Of a DNA stretch of 64,000 nucleotides, positions 12,905 to 24,679 are shown piece after piece; position 1 is the first letter of the stretch; each line of letters opens with the position of its first letter. This DNA is from Chiloscyllium plagiosum (lineage: Eukaryota), in assembly GCF_004010195.1 (NCBI RefSeq), contig NC_057720.1:6104841-6168840 (forward strand), given 5' to 3'. Made by a program: the position numbers and the translations under genes. The notes beneath the pieces are model-generated. The model was given only the letters and a program-made list of their open reading frames with translations. It did not search any database and was not told the origin of the DNA.

Positions 12905-13205
12905 GACACCTCTTGTTGTGAGAAGCCCAAGGAAGACCAAGAAACTGAGGAGTTAAAACAGAAACATCCTGGTGGTATTTTCTCAGACTGTGTAGTAACC
13001 AGATCCCACTATCATAAGTCACAGCACAAAGCAAAAAGTAAAGAGAAAGATGAGGACACCTCTTGTTGTGAGAAGCCCAAGGAAGACCAAGAAACTGAGG
13101 AGTTAAAACAGAAACATCCTGGTGGTATTTTCCCAGACTGTGAGATAACCAGATCCCACTATCATAAAGTCACAGCACAAAGCAAAAAGTAAAGAGAAAG
13201 ATGAG
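12905..13205 (+). repeat. Tandem duplication of about 150 bp inside the LTR element
   Basis: 12905-13054 and 13055-13205 are near-identical (gacacctcttgttgtgagaagccc...gagaaagatgag). Confidence 0.95.
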
Positions 13206-13451
13206 GAGTTGAGGTTCAGTTAGCAGATACCCTGTTTGATGTAATGGTGCAGGAAAACCCTGAACAGGCAGAGGGTCAGACAGAAGTGTTTAGTCCTGTA
13301 ACAGCAAGACAAGATGATAAAAGATATATATATGGATGTGTACTCTGAAAAGGAAGCAGAGAATATTCCAGAGGGTTGTTATCTGAAAGATAAAATCCTA
13401 AGATGGAAATGGAGACCATGGCAGGTTAGTGCAGAGGAGAAATAGGCCGAA

Positions 13452-14500
13452 GTGCACCAGACTGTGTTGCCAGTAGCATACAGACAGGAAGTGTTACAGG
13501 TAGCACATGAACTACCTGTAAGAGGTCACCTAGGGGTACGAAAGACTCAGGCTAAGGTACAAAAACATTTTTATTGGTCTGGAATGCATGAGGATGTGGT
13601 TAACTTTTGTCATATGTGTCATACATGCCAAATGGTAGGTCAGCCACAGGTGATAATAAAACCAGGCCCTTTGTTGCCAATTCCCGCATTTGAAGAACCT
13701 TTCACATGGGTTATTGTATAGGTCTCCTCCAAGAACTAAAAGCGGGAACCAGTATTTCTTAACCAGAATGGATGTGTCTACCAGATTTCCAGAGGCAACT
13801 CCATTACGGAGTATCAAAGCAAAAAGGGTAGTAGAGGAAATAGTAGCTTTCGTCACACGGTATGGACTACCCAGAGAGATTCAGTCAGACAAAGGGTCAA
13901 ATTTTATGACTAGGCTGTTTAAGGAGGTTATGGATAGCTTAAATATACAGCACTTTAAATCCAGTGTGCATCATCCTGAATCCCAGGGAGATTTAGAAAG
14001 GGGGCATCAGACTTTGAAGACCTTGTTGAGTGCATACTGTCAGGATTACCCGAATGATTGGGATAAAGATATCCCATTTGTATTGTTTGCCATTATAGAT
14101 GCCCCAAATTAACCTATTCAGCTCACTCCCTTTGAGTTAACATTTGGGCATGAAGTGAGAGGCCCTTTGAAGTTAATTAAACAAAAATTGATAGGACACT
14201 TAGATTATGTATCGGAAGAGAGGGACAGACTAAATCAAGTAGGTCAGTTAGCTAAACAGCACCCAAAGAGGGCACAGCGTAGAATGAAGCAGGTGGCAGA
14301 TAAAAGCTCGGAGACTCGGATGTTTTCCCGAGGGGATGACGTATTAGTACTGTTACCAGTCATAGGAGATCCCTTTAAAGCCATGTCTAGTGGTCCCTCT
14401 CAAATTGAGAAAAAAGTTGAGTCAGGTGAACTATCTAGTAATGATGCCAGATAGAAAATAAAAGGTAACGGGTATGTCATGTGAACATGTTGAAACTATT
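13452..14500 (+). pseudogene. Integrase remnant, upstream of RT
   Basis: HHCC: AHELPVRGHLG...FYW...CHMCHTCQ; core: MDVSTRFPEA, IQSDKGSNF, HPESQGDLERGHQTLK; degenerate GPY/F (SSGPSQI). Confidence 0.92.
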
Positions 14501-14741
14501 ATAACTAGAGAAAAAGAACTGCAAAAACAGGTGTTAGCTACTGCCCCGCAGATAGAAGAATCAAATCCAGATGATGTGGATTTTGAGGTGCCTCAAAATA
14601 GATTTAAAAATTGAAGAAGTCCTTGAGGAGTGGGATAGGTTAGTAAACTATCTGTCTCAGGGGCACAGAACACAGTCGAAAGACTTGTTACTGCAGTATA
14701 AGGACATATGTAAGAATCAGACTGGGAGGACTAATGCTATT

Positions 14742-15645
14742 AGAACATAGAACAATACAGCACAGAACAGGCCCTTCGGCCCACGATGTTGTGCCGAACA
14801 TTTGTCCTAGCTTAAGCACCCATCCATGTACCTATCCAATTGCCCCTTAAAGCTCACCAAAGATTCTGACTCTACCACTACCACAGGCAGCGCATTCCAT
14901 GCCCCCACCACTCATTATTGGCCAGTTAACCTTCATATCTCATTTTTCCTCTGCGTATTTCCTTCTTAGTAATCCTCTGTTGCTCTTTAAAAGCTTCCCA
15001 GTCCTCAGTTTTCCTAATTATCTTTGCTATGTTCTCCCTTTTCTCTTTTAACTTTATATGTTTCTTAACTTCCCTCGTCAGCCACGGCCGCCCATGCCTC
15101 CTCCTGGGATCTTTCTTCCTTTTAGGAATGAACTGATCCTGCAACTTCTGCATTATACACAGAAATATCCGCCATTGTTCCTCCACGGTCATCCCTGCTA
15201 AGGTATTGCACAATTGAACTTTGGCCAGCTCCTCCCTCATAGCTCCATAATTCCCTTTATTCAACAGAAATGCTGTCACTTCCGACTGTACCCTCTCCCT
15301 CTCAAATTGCAGATAGAAGCTTATTGNNNNNNNNNNNNNNNNNNNNNNNNNNNNNNNNNNNNNNNNNNNNNNNNNNNNNNNNNNNNNNNNNNNNNNNNNN
15401 NNNNNNNNNNNNNNNNNNNNNNNNNNNNNNNNNNNNNNNNNNNNNNNNNNNNNNNNNNNNNNNNNNNNNNNNNNNNNNNNNNNNNNNNNNNNNNNNNNNN
15501 NNNNNNNNNNNNNNNNNNNNNNNNNNNNNNNNNNNNNNNNNCCAGAACTGCACACAGTACTCCAAATGTGGCCTAACCAAGGTCCTGTACAGCTGCAACA
15601 TCACTTCATGACTCTTGAATTCAATCCCTCTGCAAATGAATGCTA
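14742..15645 (-). mobile_element. CR1 pieces nested between IN and RT (spans assembly gap)
   Basis: CR1 tail TAGAACATAGAACA at 14742; MLQLYRTLVRPHLEYCVQFW at 15542-15604; AATGCTA on both flanks, where the Gypsy frame resumes. Confidence 0.85.
15327..15541. other. Assembly gap (215 N)
   Basis: Run of N. Confidence 1.
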
Positions 15646-16400
15646 ATGTACATGAAGCAGACGTAAGGAATATTGCTCCAATACAACAACACCCCTATCT
15701 GCTTAATCCTTTCAAAGTCAGACAGGTCCAGATGGAGGTAGAAGCCATGCTCGACGAGAACATCACCGAACTGAGCCAGAGCATAAGGAGTTTGCCGATT
15801 GTCTTAGTTCCCAAACTGGACAGGACTCAATGATTCTGTATGGATTATTGGACGTTCAACGCTGTTACAAAATCAGTCTCACATCCAACTCCTAGGTTGG
15901 AGGACTGTATCGAGAAAGGTGGACACCCTAGTTACCAAGTTGGACTTAATGTGTGGTTAATGGCAGGTACCTTTATCAGAGACAGCAAAAGATATTTCTG
16001 TGTTTGTAACCCCAACTGCGCCATATCAATTTAAAGTGATGCCCTTTGGAATGAAGAATGCACCCGCCACATTCCAAAGACTCATGAACAGAGTTGTGGC
16101 TGGGTTAACAACTGTGCAGTCTGTTTGGACGATGTAGTGAGCTTTAGTAAGTCCTGAAAAGATCACATGGTACAGTTGGTAGAGCTCTTTGAACGACTAT
16201 GAGAAACAAAACTGGTGATAAACTTAAATAAAATGAAATTCGTGAAAGCAGAAATGACGTTCTTGGGACAGAACATCAGTCATGGAAGGTTTACCCCATG
16301 GAACGCAAAGATGAAGGCCATCAAGGAATTTCCACGACCAACCTCAAAGAAAGACGTGCTTCAATTCTTATGACTCTGTGGAAGTTTGTTCCAAACATCA
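15646..16400 (+). pseudogene. Gypsy reverse transcriptase remnant
   Basis: PIVLVPKLD, FCMDY, PRLEDCIE, VMPFGMKNAPATFQRLMN, CLDDV (degenerate YxDD), TFLG. Confidence 0.92.
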
Positions 16401-16905
16401 GCAGTGTAGTGGCACCGTTAACCGATTTGCTGAAGAAGAATACAAAGTTTCAGTCGACAGAACCATGGCTGGAGGCATTCAACCATTTGAAATCAATATT
16501 AACCACCAAACCAGTTTTAGCTACATCAAACTTTTCAAAACCTTTTAAGGTCGCCATCAATGCTAGTGACATTGGAGTTGGTGCTGTACTCCTACAGAAT
16601 GATGAGGATGGGATTGAACTGCCAGTTAGTTATTTTTCAAAGAAGATCACCATCCACCAGAGGAAATACTCCACAATCGAAAAGGAACTATTGACTTTTG
16701 CCTTACAACATTTTAATGAGTATGTCACAAACAATGTGTTGGAGACAGTTGTGTACACTGGCCACAATCCACTTACATTCTTAGAATCTTTAAAGGCAAG
16801 AATATGAGATGATTTCATTGGAGTCTTATGTTACAGACTTTTAATTTAAAATTTATATATGTTGCGGGTCAGAAGAATGTAATTGCAGATGCGATATTGC
16901 GGATT
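16400..16905 (+). pseudogene. RNase H remnant
   Basis: PFKVAINASDIGVGAVLLQ...PVSYFSKK...YSTIEKEL...VYTGHNPL...NVIADA. Confidence 0.9.
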
Positions 16906-17086
16906 TAACTGACAGAGTAAAGATGAGATTTGTCTTAAGTTAATGTTATATATACAGGTATATGGGAAGAAGTTAAGGTGAACTTATACTGAAGTTATCT
17001 GTATGTTAGGGTAATGTGTTTAAAAAGTAGAGAAAAAAAAAGTCATCTTTTCATTATGATGGTTCATTTTTTCTTAAGAGGGAAGG

Positions 17087-18080
17087 TGTAATGAAGATGT
17101 TGATGTACTGTAACTTTAAGACAGTAAAAGCTAGTAGTGACAGCTCCAAGTGTTCTCAATAAGACACAAGGTAACATGTGCTCCAGCTACTGGGGTAGCT
17201 GGTTACCTGGAGACAACTAAGCAGATTCGAATTAGGCCAGTCAGTTTAAATTTTACCTCAAAAAATACCAAATTCAAATCAAGTTTGTTGACAATCTTAA
17301 AAGCCAATGACACAATCCGATGCTTTGGGGTATAAGACCGGGGAAAATTGAACAGTTGGGAGGAGAACTGTCACCAGACCAACAGCTGTCAACTGCTAGT
17401 CAGAACTCTGAGAGGTACCTGTCTAGAGAAGGAGTTTGCACAGAGAAAAATCCTCAACACTGACCTGGAGAGACAAAACACCAGCGAAGATAAAGAGAAA
17501 ATTCAACCACTGGCTGTTTTTAAAATTTGAATTTTCCTGTAAATCTTAATTGGGAGTTTTATTGGACTCGTGTTATAGAATGGAAAGTAAAGATAGATTA
17601 GAGAAAGGAGGTGTATATGGTTGTGAGTTAATTATTCTCTGTTATACTTTAAGAAATAAAGTTGTTAATTTTCACTTTAAATAGTTTTTGGCCACTCAAA
17701 GTTTTACAGATTACAGGTGAGAGATGGAAAGTTTAAGGGGGATACATGAGGCAAGTACTTCACACAGAGGGTGGTGGGCATTTGGAACGCGTTGCCAGCA
17801 GAGGTGGTAGAGGCAGGCACGGTAGATTCATTTAAGATGCGTCTGGATAAATGGATGAGTAGGTGGGGAGTAGAGGGATACAGATGCTCAGGAATTGACC
17901 GACAGGTTTAGACAGTACATTTGGATTGACTCAGGCTTGAAGGGCCAAAGGGCCTGTTCCTGGGCTGTAAATGTTCTTTGTTCTTTGTTCTTTGTTCTTT
18001 GTTCTTTGTTCTTTGTACTGCACGGGATAACAGATTTGCTGGTTTAAATTAAGCAGGAGGGTTTACCACGTGTTGTAGCA
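17087..18080 (+). repeat. 3' LTR (interrupted by a CR1 fragment)
   Basis: TGTAATGAAGATGT...TGTAGCA directly after the PPT; colinear with the 5' LTR apart from 17715-18015. Confidence 0.88.
17715..18015 (+). mobile_element. 5'-truncated CR1 inserted in the 3' LTR
   Basis: Highly similar to 9583-9862; long perfect (TTCTTTG)n tail; TAC duplicated at the junctions; absent from the 5' LTR. Confidence 0.93.
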
Positions 18081-18649
18081 AGGCAAGCACTAGAAGAATG
18101 GTTTAATTAAACTGTCAGTGTTCTAGTCACTTGATCACCTACAGGACTGAGCCAGTAGAGAGAAACCGTTTCTCTTGGTGGAGGAAGAGCAAGGAAACAG
18201 AGTACTCCGATGACTAGCAAGTGAACCAAGGACTGAGCTGAGCTGAGTTGCCGTTTCAGAGAGTGACCATGGACATGGCAAGCTGAAGAGAAAGATTAAA
18301 AAGAGCACCAGAAATAGGCCATTCGGCCCTTCGATACCGCTCGAATATTCAACTTGATCATGGATGATGATTCAACTCTGTGCCTCATTCTCGCTTTCAC
18401 CCCAAACCCTTTCATCCCTTTAGCCTGAAGAGCCATCTCCGACTCTTTCTTCAAAATGGCTTCCTTCTGCACATTCACCATTGATGATGATTAGCAAAAG
18501 GCACAAAGGGGACTGAGTTAGGCTGACCTGAATTTACTGTTGCAAAGAGCTGTCATGGACAGTCCAGGCTGAATGGCCTCCTTCCGTGCTGTAACCATTC
18601 CCTGATCCTATAGGATGTTACAAAGTAAATAATTCTATAAAACACCAAA

Positions 18650-18840
18650 ATAAAACAAAGAACTGCAGAGTTCAGAAACAGCAGAAATCAAAATTGCTGG
18701 AGAAACTCAGCAAGAAACAGAGTTAACATTTCGAGTCCAATGACTGAAGAAGGCTCACCGGACCTGAAGTATTAACTTTGCTTTCTCTCTCCACAATGCT
18801 GCCAGACCTGCTGAGTTTCTCCAGTAATTTCAGTTTATGC
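18650..18840. repeat. Palindromic pair of PLE-terminus units (family B)
   Basis: aaattgctggagaaactcagca ... tgctgagtttctccagtaattt inverted arms; internal ctgaagaaggctcaccggacctgaag degenerate hammerhead core. Confidence 0.7.
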
Positions 18841-19964
18841 TTGCTTCAACGCTATGCACACTGTCTTATTTTGGGATTGTGTTGGGACTGGCAAAAGACA
18901 AAAGCTTTGACATTTGTGCCAACATTGGCTGCAGCCATAGAGTTCCCAAAGTCTTGGGACTGCCTTGATAGAGATCGGGCTGACACAGTACTATCACAGT
19001 CTAATTCTGTTGATTCAGATATCATTGTCAGCAAAGCCAAGCACCCTGGCATCAGGCCCAGTAACTAAATTATCTACAGAAGATATGTTTCTTCACCTTC
19101 ACCTACCATGACAGTAATGAGGAAGTGGTAATATTCTTATCTGCATAATGATATGTTTTCCAGCTTGTCTTTATGGCATTGAGAGAGAACCCATTGTGAT
19201 GATACCTGTGCACATTATCTATTTTATGCGATTAGCATTTATATATGTAAATTTGATCATTACATAGGGTCATGTTCCAATCTTATACCACAAAATCACT
19301 TTCTGCCATGATACAATTATACAATACTATAGGATATGCCTGTGTGCACTTTTACATTTAAGATTTATTATTAAAAAAAATGCCACGACATTGTTTTTTT
19401 TTAAAACAGGAATGTACCTGAAGACTGACAGATCTGATGATATACTCAAAATTGGCTTCTCTAACTGTCGGTGCAGAACATCTGCTTTACAAAGTTTTCA
19501 AGTCAAACATTGTGGAAGAAATAATCTAATGTTCTTCTGTGTGAGGAAGTTTTAATGAGATTTGTCTTCCAACATCGGCTGTAGTAACTCTGTCGAGAGT
19601 GATGCTTCATTCACTTTGTAATAAGTCTATCTACCTTGGAATGATTAAAAGAATTAATTAAGGTACCACATTAGTTTGTAAGACCTGCATGCAAGATTAA
19701 GAGAAAATAAACAGTTTGAAGACCCTCGCTGGGAGATTTGCTCTGAAGATGGAGGAATCAAACTTTGCCGAAGATGGAGTTTTGAATGAACAGCTTGTTC
19801 TTGTGCTGTTTAGTATCTGAACAAGGTACACCAATTAGTTTGCTGTAAACATCATCCAAGTTGACTAACCATATTTTGAGGTTTTTTCTTGTTGATAGGA
19901 AGCCTAGATTTCCCAGAGAGTGCATCATGGAAGTTAACAGATTACAAACAAAGATGATAGTTAT

Positions 19965-20140
19965 GATGTGGAGGTGCTGGTATTGGACTGGGCTGGACAA
20001 AGTCAGAAGTCACACGACACCAAGTTATAGTCCATCAGGTTTATTTGAAATCACAAGCTTTCGGAGGTGAACCTGACAAAGGGGTGGCACTCAGAAAGTT
20101 TGTGATTTCAGATAAACCTGTTGGACTATAACCTCGTGTC
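19965..20140. repeat. Palindromic element (family C)
   Basis: gacaccaagttatagtccatcaggtttatttgaaatcacaagctttc ... gaaagtttgtgatttcagataaacctgttggactataacctcgtgtc. Confidence 0.8.
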
Positions 20141-20524
20141 AAAAGAAGTTGAAGTGAATGAGCATCAGAATCATGAAGATGATTGAAAATATTCATACTC
20201 GTCATAGCATTGAAAGCATTTTAAACAAAGCATTTTAAAATAAGAGACAAAGTCAGGAGCTATAAACCCATTTCAAACATTGCATGGTAATATCCAAAGG
20301 GGTGCATTTCATATTTGGATATACATAGCTCATCTACTGACCAATGACCATGAGTTTGACTCCTTGTAGAACAGGTCCCGAGCATGTTGTTGGTAGAGCG
20401 TTACTTCATGTCAAGTATGACTGACCTGGAACTGATGTTCCTGTTCTTACCGCCTCCTGCACGTGTGATGGGAGGATTTACAAGTGGATAACTGACCTGT
20501 CTGACCATGTTATGAGTACAACCA

Positions 20525-20700
20525 AAGCAGGAAATGCTGGAAAAGCTCAGCAGGTCTGGCTGCATCGGTGGAGACAAGGGTCTGAGGAAGGGTCACTGGA
20601 CCCAAAATGTTAACTCTGCTTTGTCCCCACAGATGCTGCCTGAGGGGTTGAGCTTTTTCAGCAGTTTCTGTTTTTGTTTCTGATTTACAGAATCTGCCAT
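20525..20700. repeat. Palindromic pair of PLE-terminus units with hammerhead-like core (family B)
   Basis: gctggaaaagctcagc ... gagctttttcagc arms; CTGAGGA-A-GGGTC-ACTG-GACCC-aAAAtGTTAAC at 20582-20614. Confidence 0.75.
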
Positions 20701-21034
20701 TCTTTTGGTTTTGTGCAGCTGTCTGGCTTATACACAGCAATTCTATCCACTGCACTGCCATCAGTATTAATTTTGTTGACAGGCAAATACTTAGAACTCA
20801 ACACGGTCAGTTTTCATGATGAAGCAATGGAATCAGAGAAAATTAAAACATTAACAAAGGCCATTCAGCCCATTAAATCTGTGGAACCTTTGTGAAAGTA
20901 CTAACCTGCCAGTCCCACTCACCTCTGCTTTCCTTGTTGTACTTTAAGATATTCTCTTTACCAAATATACATGCACAGTTTTCTTTTGAAAAATTACAAT
21001 TGAATCAACAGGTATTGCGCTCTGGAATAGAATC

Positions 21035-21366
21035 CCTACAACATGGAAGTAGGCCATTCAGCCCATCGAGTCCACACTGAACCTCTAAAGTGCATCCCAC
21101 CCATACCCATCACCCTGTAATTCCCATGGCCAACCCACCCTAACCTGCAAATCCCTGAGCACTATGGTTAACTTAGCATGGCCATCCCACCCTAAACTGC
21201 ATATCTTTGGATTGCAGGAGGAAACTGGAGTACCCCAAAGGAAACCCACGCAGACACGGGGAGGATGTACAAACTTCACATAGACAGTCACCTGAGGCTG
21301 GGACCGAACCTGTGTCCCTCACATCTTGTGGTAGCAAAGCTCACTACTGAGCCACCGTACCACCCC
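21035..21366 (-). mobile_element. HE1-type SINE, older copy
   Basis: Reverse-complement V-domain ggaaacccacgcagacacggggaggatgtacaaacttcaca and head ctactgagccaccgt. Confidence 0.85.
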
Positions 21367-21834
21367 TGGAACAGAGTGCTGTCTACATCTGACCTATCTC
21401 ATTCTCCCTCCGGCATGTTGTCAGTCATTTGACGTTTCATTTTGTGGTTATGAACCTTTTGTACATGGAGGCTGTTGTACGTGCTGTGATACCAACCATG
21501 AGCTGCATGTGGCAAGCAACATCTTCCTTCCTTGACTGGGTCTCAGGGTCCATTCGGTTTACTGTGGGAGATCAACAACAGTAGTAAGTCTTCAAGAGAA
21601 AAGGCTCTAGTCTTAACTAGATTGAGTTTATCACATGATAGCAATCAGATACGAGTTACATTAGTAAGATAGAGATGGTTACTGTGAAATCTAGGATGCC
21701 AGTTGGGCTCCCTTCAGGATGTGAAATTCTCCGTCTTTTCTCACACAAATATACCATTGTCAGATTGGGTGGAACTTAACAGTCTTCAACATTAACTCTT
21801 TCTGAACCATTCAGAAACAAGTACTCACTAAAAA

Positions 21835-22150
21835 AAAATTCACAGGATATGGGTGTTGCATGCTGGGCCAGCATTTATTGCCTATCCCTAATTGCCCAGA
21901 AGATAATTAAGATTCACTCACATCGCCGTGACTCTGGAGTCACATGTGGGTCAGAGCAGGTAAGGACGGCAGAACTTAAAGGGCATTAGGGAACCAGATG
22001 GGATGCCCCCAACAACCATTAGATTCTTAATTCCAGGTTTTTGTTGAGTCCAAATTCCACCATTCAAAGCCAGTATTCAAACCTGCGCTCTTGGGATATT
22101 ACCTGCGTCAGGATTTAACAGTCGAGCATTAATATAACTGAGCCATTGTA
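21835..22150 (-). mobile_element. Old SINE sharing the 3' tail of the older LINE family
   Basis: gccagcatttattgcctatccctaattgccc tail and ctggagtcacatgt...ggtaaggacggcag body; homologues near 5140-5410, 28540-28820 and 45430-45740. Confidence 0.55.
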
Positions 22151-22419
22151 CTGAATTCAGGAAAAGGTACCAAGTTGCTGTGACATTCCTAGTGACAATG
22201 AAAGAGCAATGAGCATGAGGAATAGGAGCCAACATCTGATCAGAAACTGTTCCTATGCTTGATGATTACTTTTGATGTTTGGGGCTTTTGCCCATTTGCC
22301 TCTGGGAGCAATGCTTTGTCATTAGGAGAAAGGTGTCTTCTTATTACCAAGGTCTCTTGTATCCTGTGGACTGTACATATAGGCTACACCCTTACCCTCA
22401 ATAGGAAGGTGGACTTGCA

Positions 22420-22925
22420 GAATACTGCGTACCGTTCTGTTTGCCCTTCTATAGGAAAGATGTTAATAAGCTTTAGAGGGTTCAGAAAAGATTTACAAAG
22501 ACGTTGCTGGGACTGGGGTTAGAGGGAGAGGCTGAATAGACTGGAATGTTGGAGACCTTATAAAGGTTTATAAAATTGGAGGACATGTATAAGCTGAATA
22601 GCCATGGTAGTCTTCCTAGGTTGGGGGAATCCAGAACTAGAGGGCATAGGTTTGTGGTGAGCAGGGAAAGATTTAAAAAGGACCTGAGGGGTAACTTGCT
22701 CATGCAGAGGGTGGTGCGTGTATGGAATGAGAGGAAGTGGTGGGGAGGCTGGTACAATTACAGCATTTAAAAGGCATCTGGATGGGTATATGAATAGGAA
22801 GGGTTTAGAGGGACATGGGCCAAATGCTGGCAAATGGGACTAGGTCAGATTGGGATGCCTGGCTGGCATAGATGAGTTGGACTGAAGGGTCTGTTTCTGT
22901 GCTGTATGAATCTGACTCTATGACT
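22420..22925 (+). mobile_element. CR1 3' fragment
   Basis: ESRTRGHRF...MQRVVRVWNE; tail ctctatgact. Confidence 0.88.
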
Positions 22926-23651
22926 GTGAGTCCTGTGCATGACTTCAAGGCTAGTGACTTCAGAGAGTGAGCATGGTGTAAACTCAATGACAAGGTTTTA
23001 TTTTGAAGAAGAGATTGTTTAAACATTGATCACTTTGAGCTGATTGGTATGATGCTCGCTCTGGTATTGAAAGTCAAACTGCTTATACCCAGCACAGGAT
23101 CTAGCCTTTAATTCTGTTCTCTGTTATTTTCCGTGCACACGGAGTGATACATTTCCCTAATCCACCTGTTCCTGAATATTACGACACACCTCTTGAGCAG
23201 GTGGGACTTGAACCTGGGCCTCCTGTCTCAGAGCTAAGGATATTACCATTGTGTCGCAAGAGCTCTTCCAGAAATTGCAACCTGCTTGGAGATGTTATTG
23301 TACACTTCTCAATAAGGTAGGATTTGAATATGGGCCTCCAATCTACCACTATCTATAATCTGTTACAGTCAAATCCAAAACATCTGCAGCACCCACACAC
23401 ACATACAATCCAGATTTTTTGACAGACTGCTGCAGTACAGTAAATAATCAAAAGCAAGTCTCATTGGGTTAAATGACATTATTTATAAAGGCGATATTAA
23501 TTCAAAAATGTAATCACTATCTTGCAGATGTAAGAGACAGCAGCATCATGTATTATTCAATGCTTAACATTTATCCAATTTGTACATGTTGAAATTTATT
23601 TGCTTTTCCTCTACCTGTAATGTTATTATCTTATCAACTCATCCTTGAGAT

Positions 23652-23872
23652 AGAGTCATAGAATCATACAGATGTACAGCATGGAAACAGATCCTTGGGT
23701 CCAACCTGTCCATGCCGACCAGATATCCCAACCCCAATCTAGTCCCACCTGCCAGCACCCGGCCCATATCCCTCCAAACCCTTCCTATTCATATACCCAT
23801 CCAAATGCCTCTGAAATGTTGCAGTTGTACCAGCCTCCACCACATCCTCTGGCAGCTCATTCCATACACGTA
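23652..23872 (-). mobile_element. CR1 3' end
   Basis: agagtcatagaatcatacagatgtacagc tail and ctctggcagctcattccatacacgta. Confidence 0.88.
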
Positions 23873-24009
23873 TCTGGCAAGGAGGATATTTTCTTGTCCA
23901 AATGTAGTTGACTGAGGCATGTCTGAGTTCCCTACTTGAGCCACTGTTGCCTGAGTCATGAAGGCATTCCTATCCTAGTACTCAGGACTTGTAGTCTCAA
24001 ACATTGGAG

Positions 24010-24165
24010 TCGATGGAAAGGTTCAGCAGGTCTGGCAGCATCTGTGCAGAGAAATATCCGAGGAAAGGGTAGCTCAACCTGATTCTCTCCACAGATACTG
24101 CCAGACCTGTTGAGTTTTTCCAGCAATTTCTATTTATACATATGATTTACAGCATCCTCTGTTCA
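24010..24165. repeat. Degraded palindromic PLE-terminus pair
   Basis: cagcaggtctggcagcatctgtg / cacagatactgccagacctgttg inverted arms. Confidence 0.65.
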
Positions 24166-24679
24166 TGCAGTTTTTCTTTCAAATAGTTTACTAGTCATCT
24201 GAGTAAATTCGATATGCACTCGAAAAGGTACAAAATTGAATGTGCACTGAACACATTCTGACATTTTAATATTATGTTACTGCTGAAAATTTACATTTGC
24301 ATTTGTTTCATTTACAGCATGGAAGTGATGGTGATATATTGTCACTCCTGCCTTATTCCGCAGGTCCTGAGTAGTGTGCACCACACATAATGCTGGCAGA
24401 CAGTTTTACCTGCAGGATATATAGGGAACCTGTACTCACAGTCATGAATGGTATGCTTTGTAACAAAAATCCTAAAGTTAACACATGTTCAGAAATTAAT
24501 CATTAAATGGAACTCCCTTGATGGATCATTTGGTGAAGCCAGCAGCTAAATGAGGCTGTGAAACCAGAGATTTGCAGACAAAATCCTATGCTTCTGGTAT
24601 TATCTGGGCTCACTTACCAACACTCTTACCCTGGGGCCAACCTCATTCCAGGTTGTGAGTACACAATCTAAGTTCAGGA

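Larger units (their letters stand above)
10376..18080 (+). mobile_element. Decayed full-length Gypsy LTR retrotransposon, Gmr1-like (gag-PR-IN-RT-RH)
   Basis: Two homologous LTRs (TG...CA), TGG just after the 5' LTR (PBS-like), polypurine tract AAGAGGGAAGG before the 3' LTR, and all internal domains recognisable with stops and frameshifts. Confidence 0.93.

Noticed and set aside
14926..15611. Long ORFs across the N run
   Set aside because: Artefacts of translating through the assembly gap.
10376..18080. Endogenous retrovirus or Copia element
   Set aside because: No env-like ORF between RNase H and PPT; RT/RH motifs are Gypsy-type despite the IN-before-RT order.
24318..24456. Coding exon (ccttattccgcag acceptor ... 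gtatgc donor)
   Set aside because: All three frames after the acceptor hit stop codons; no supporting homology.
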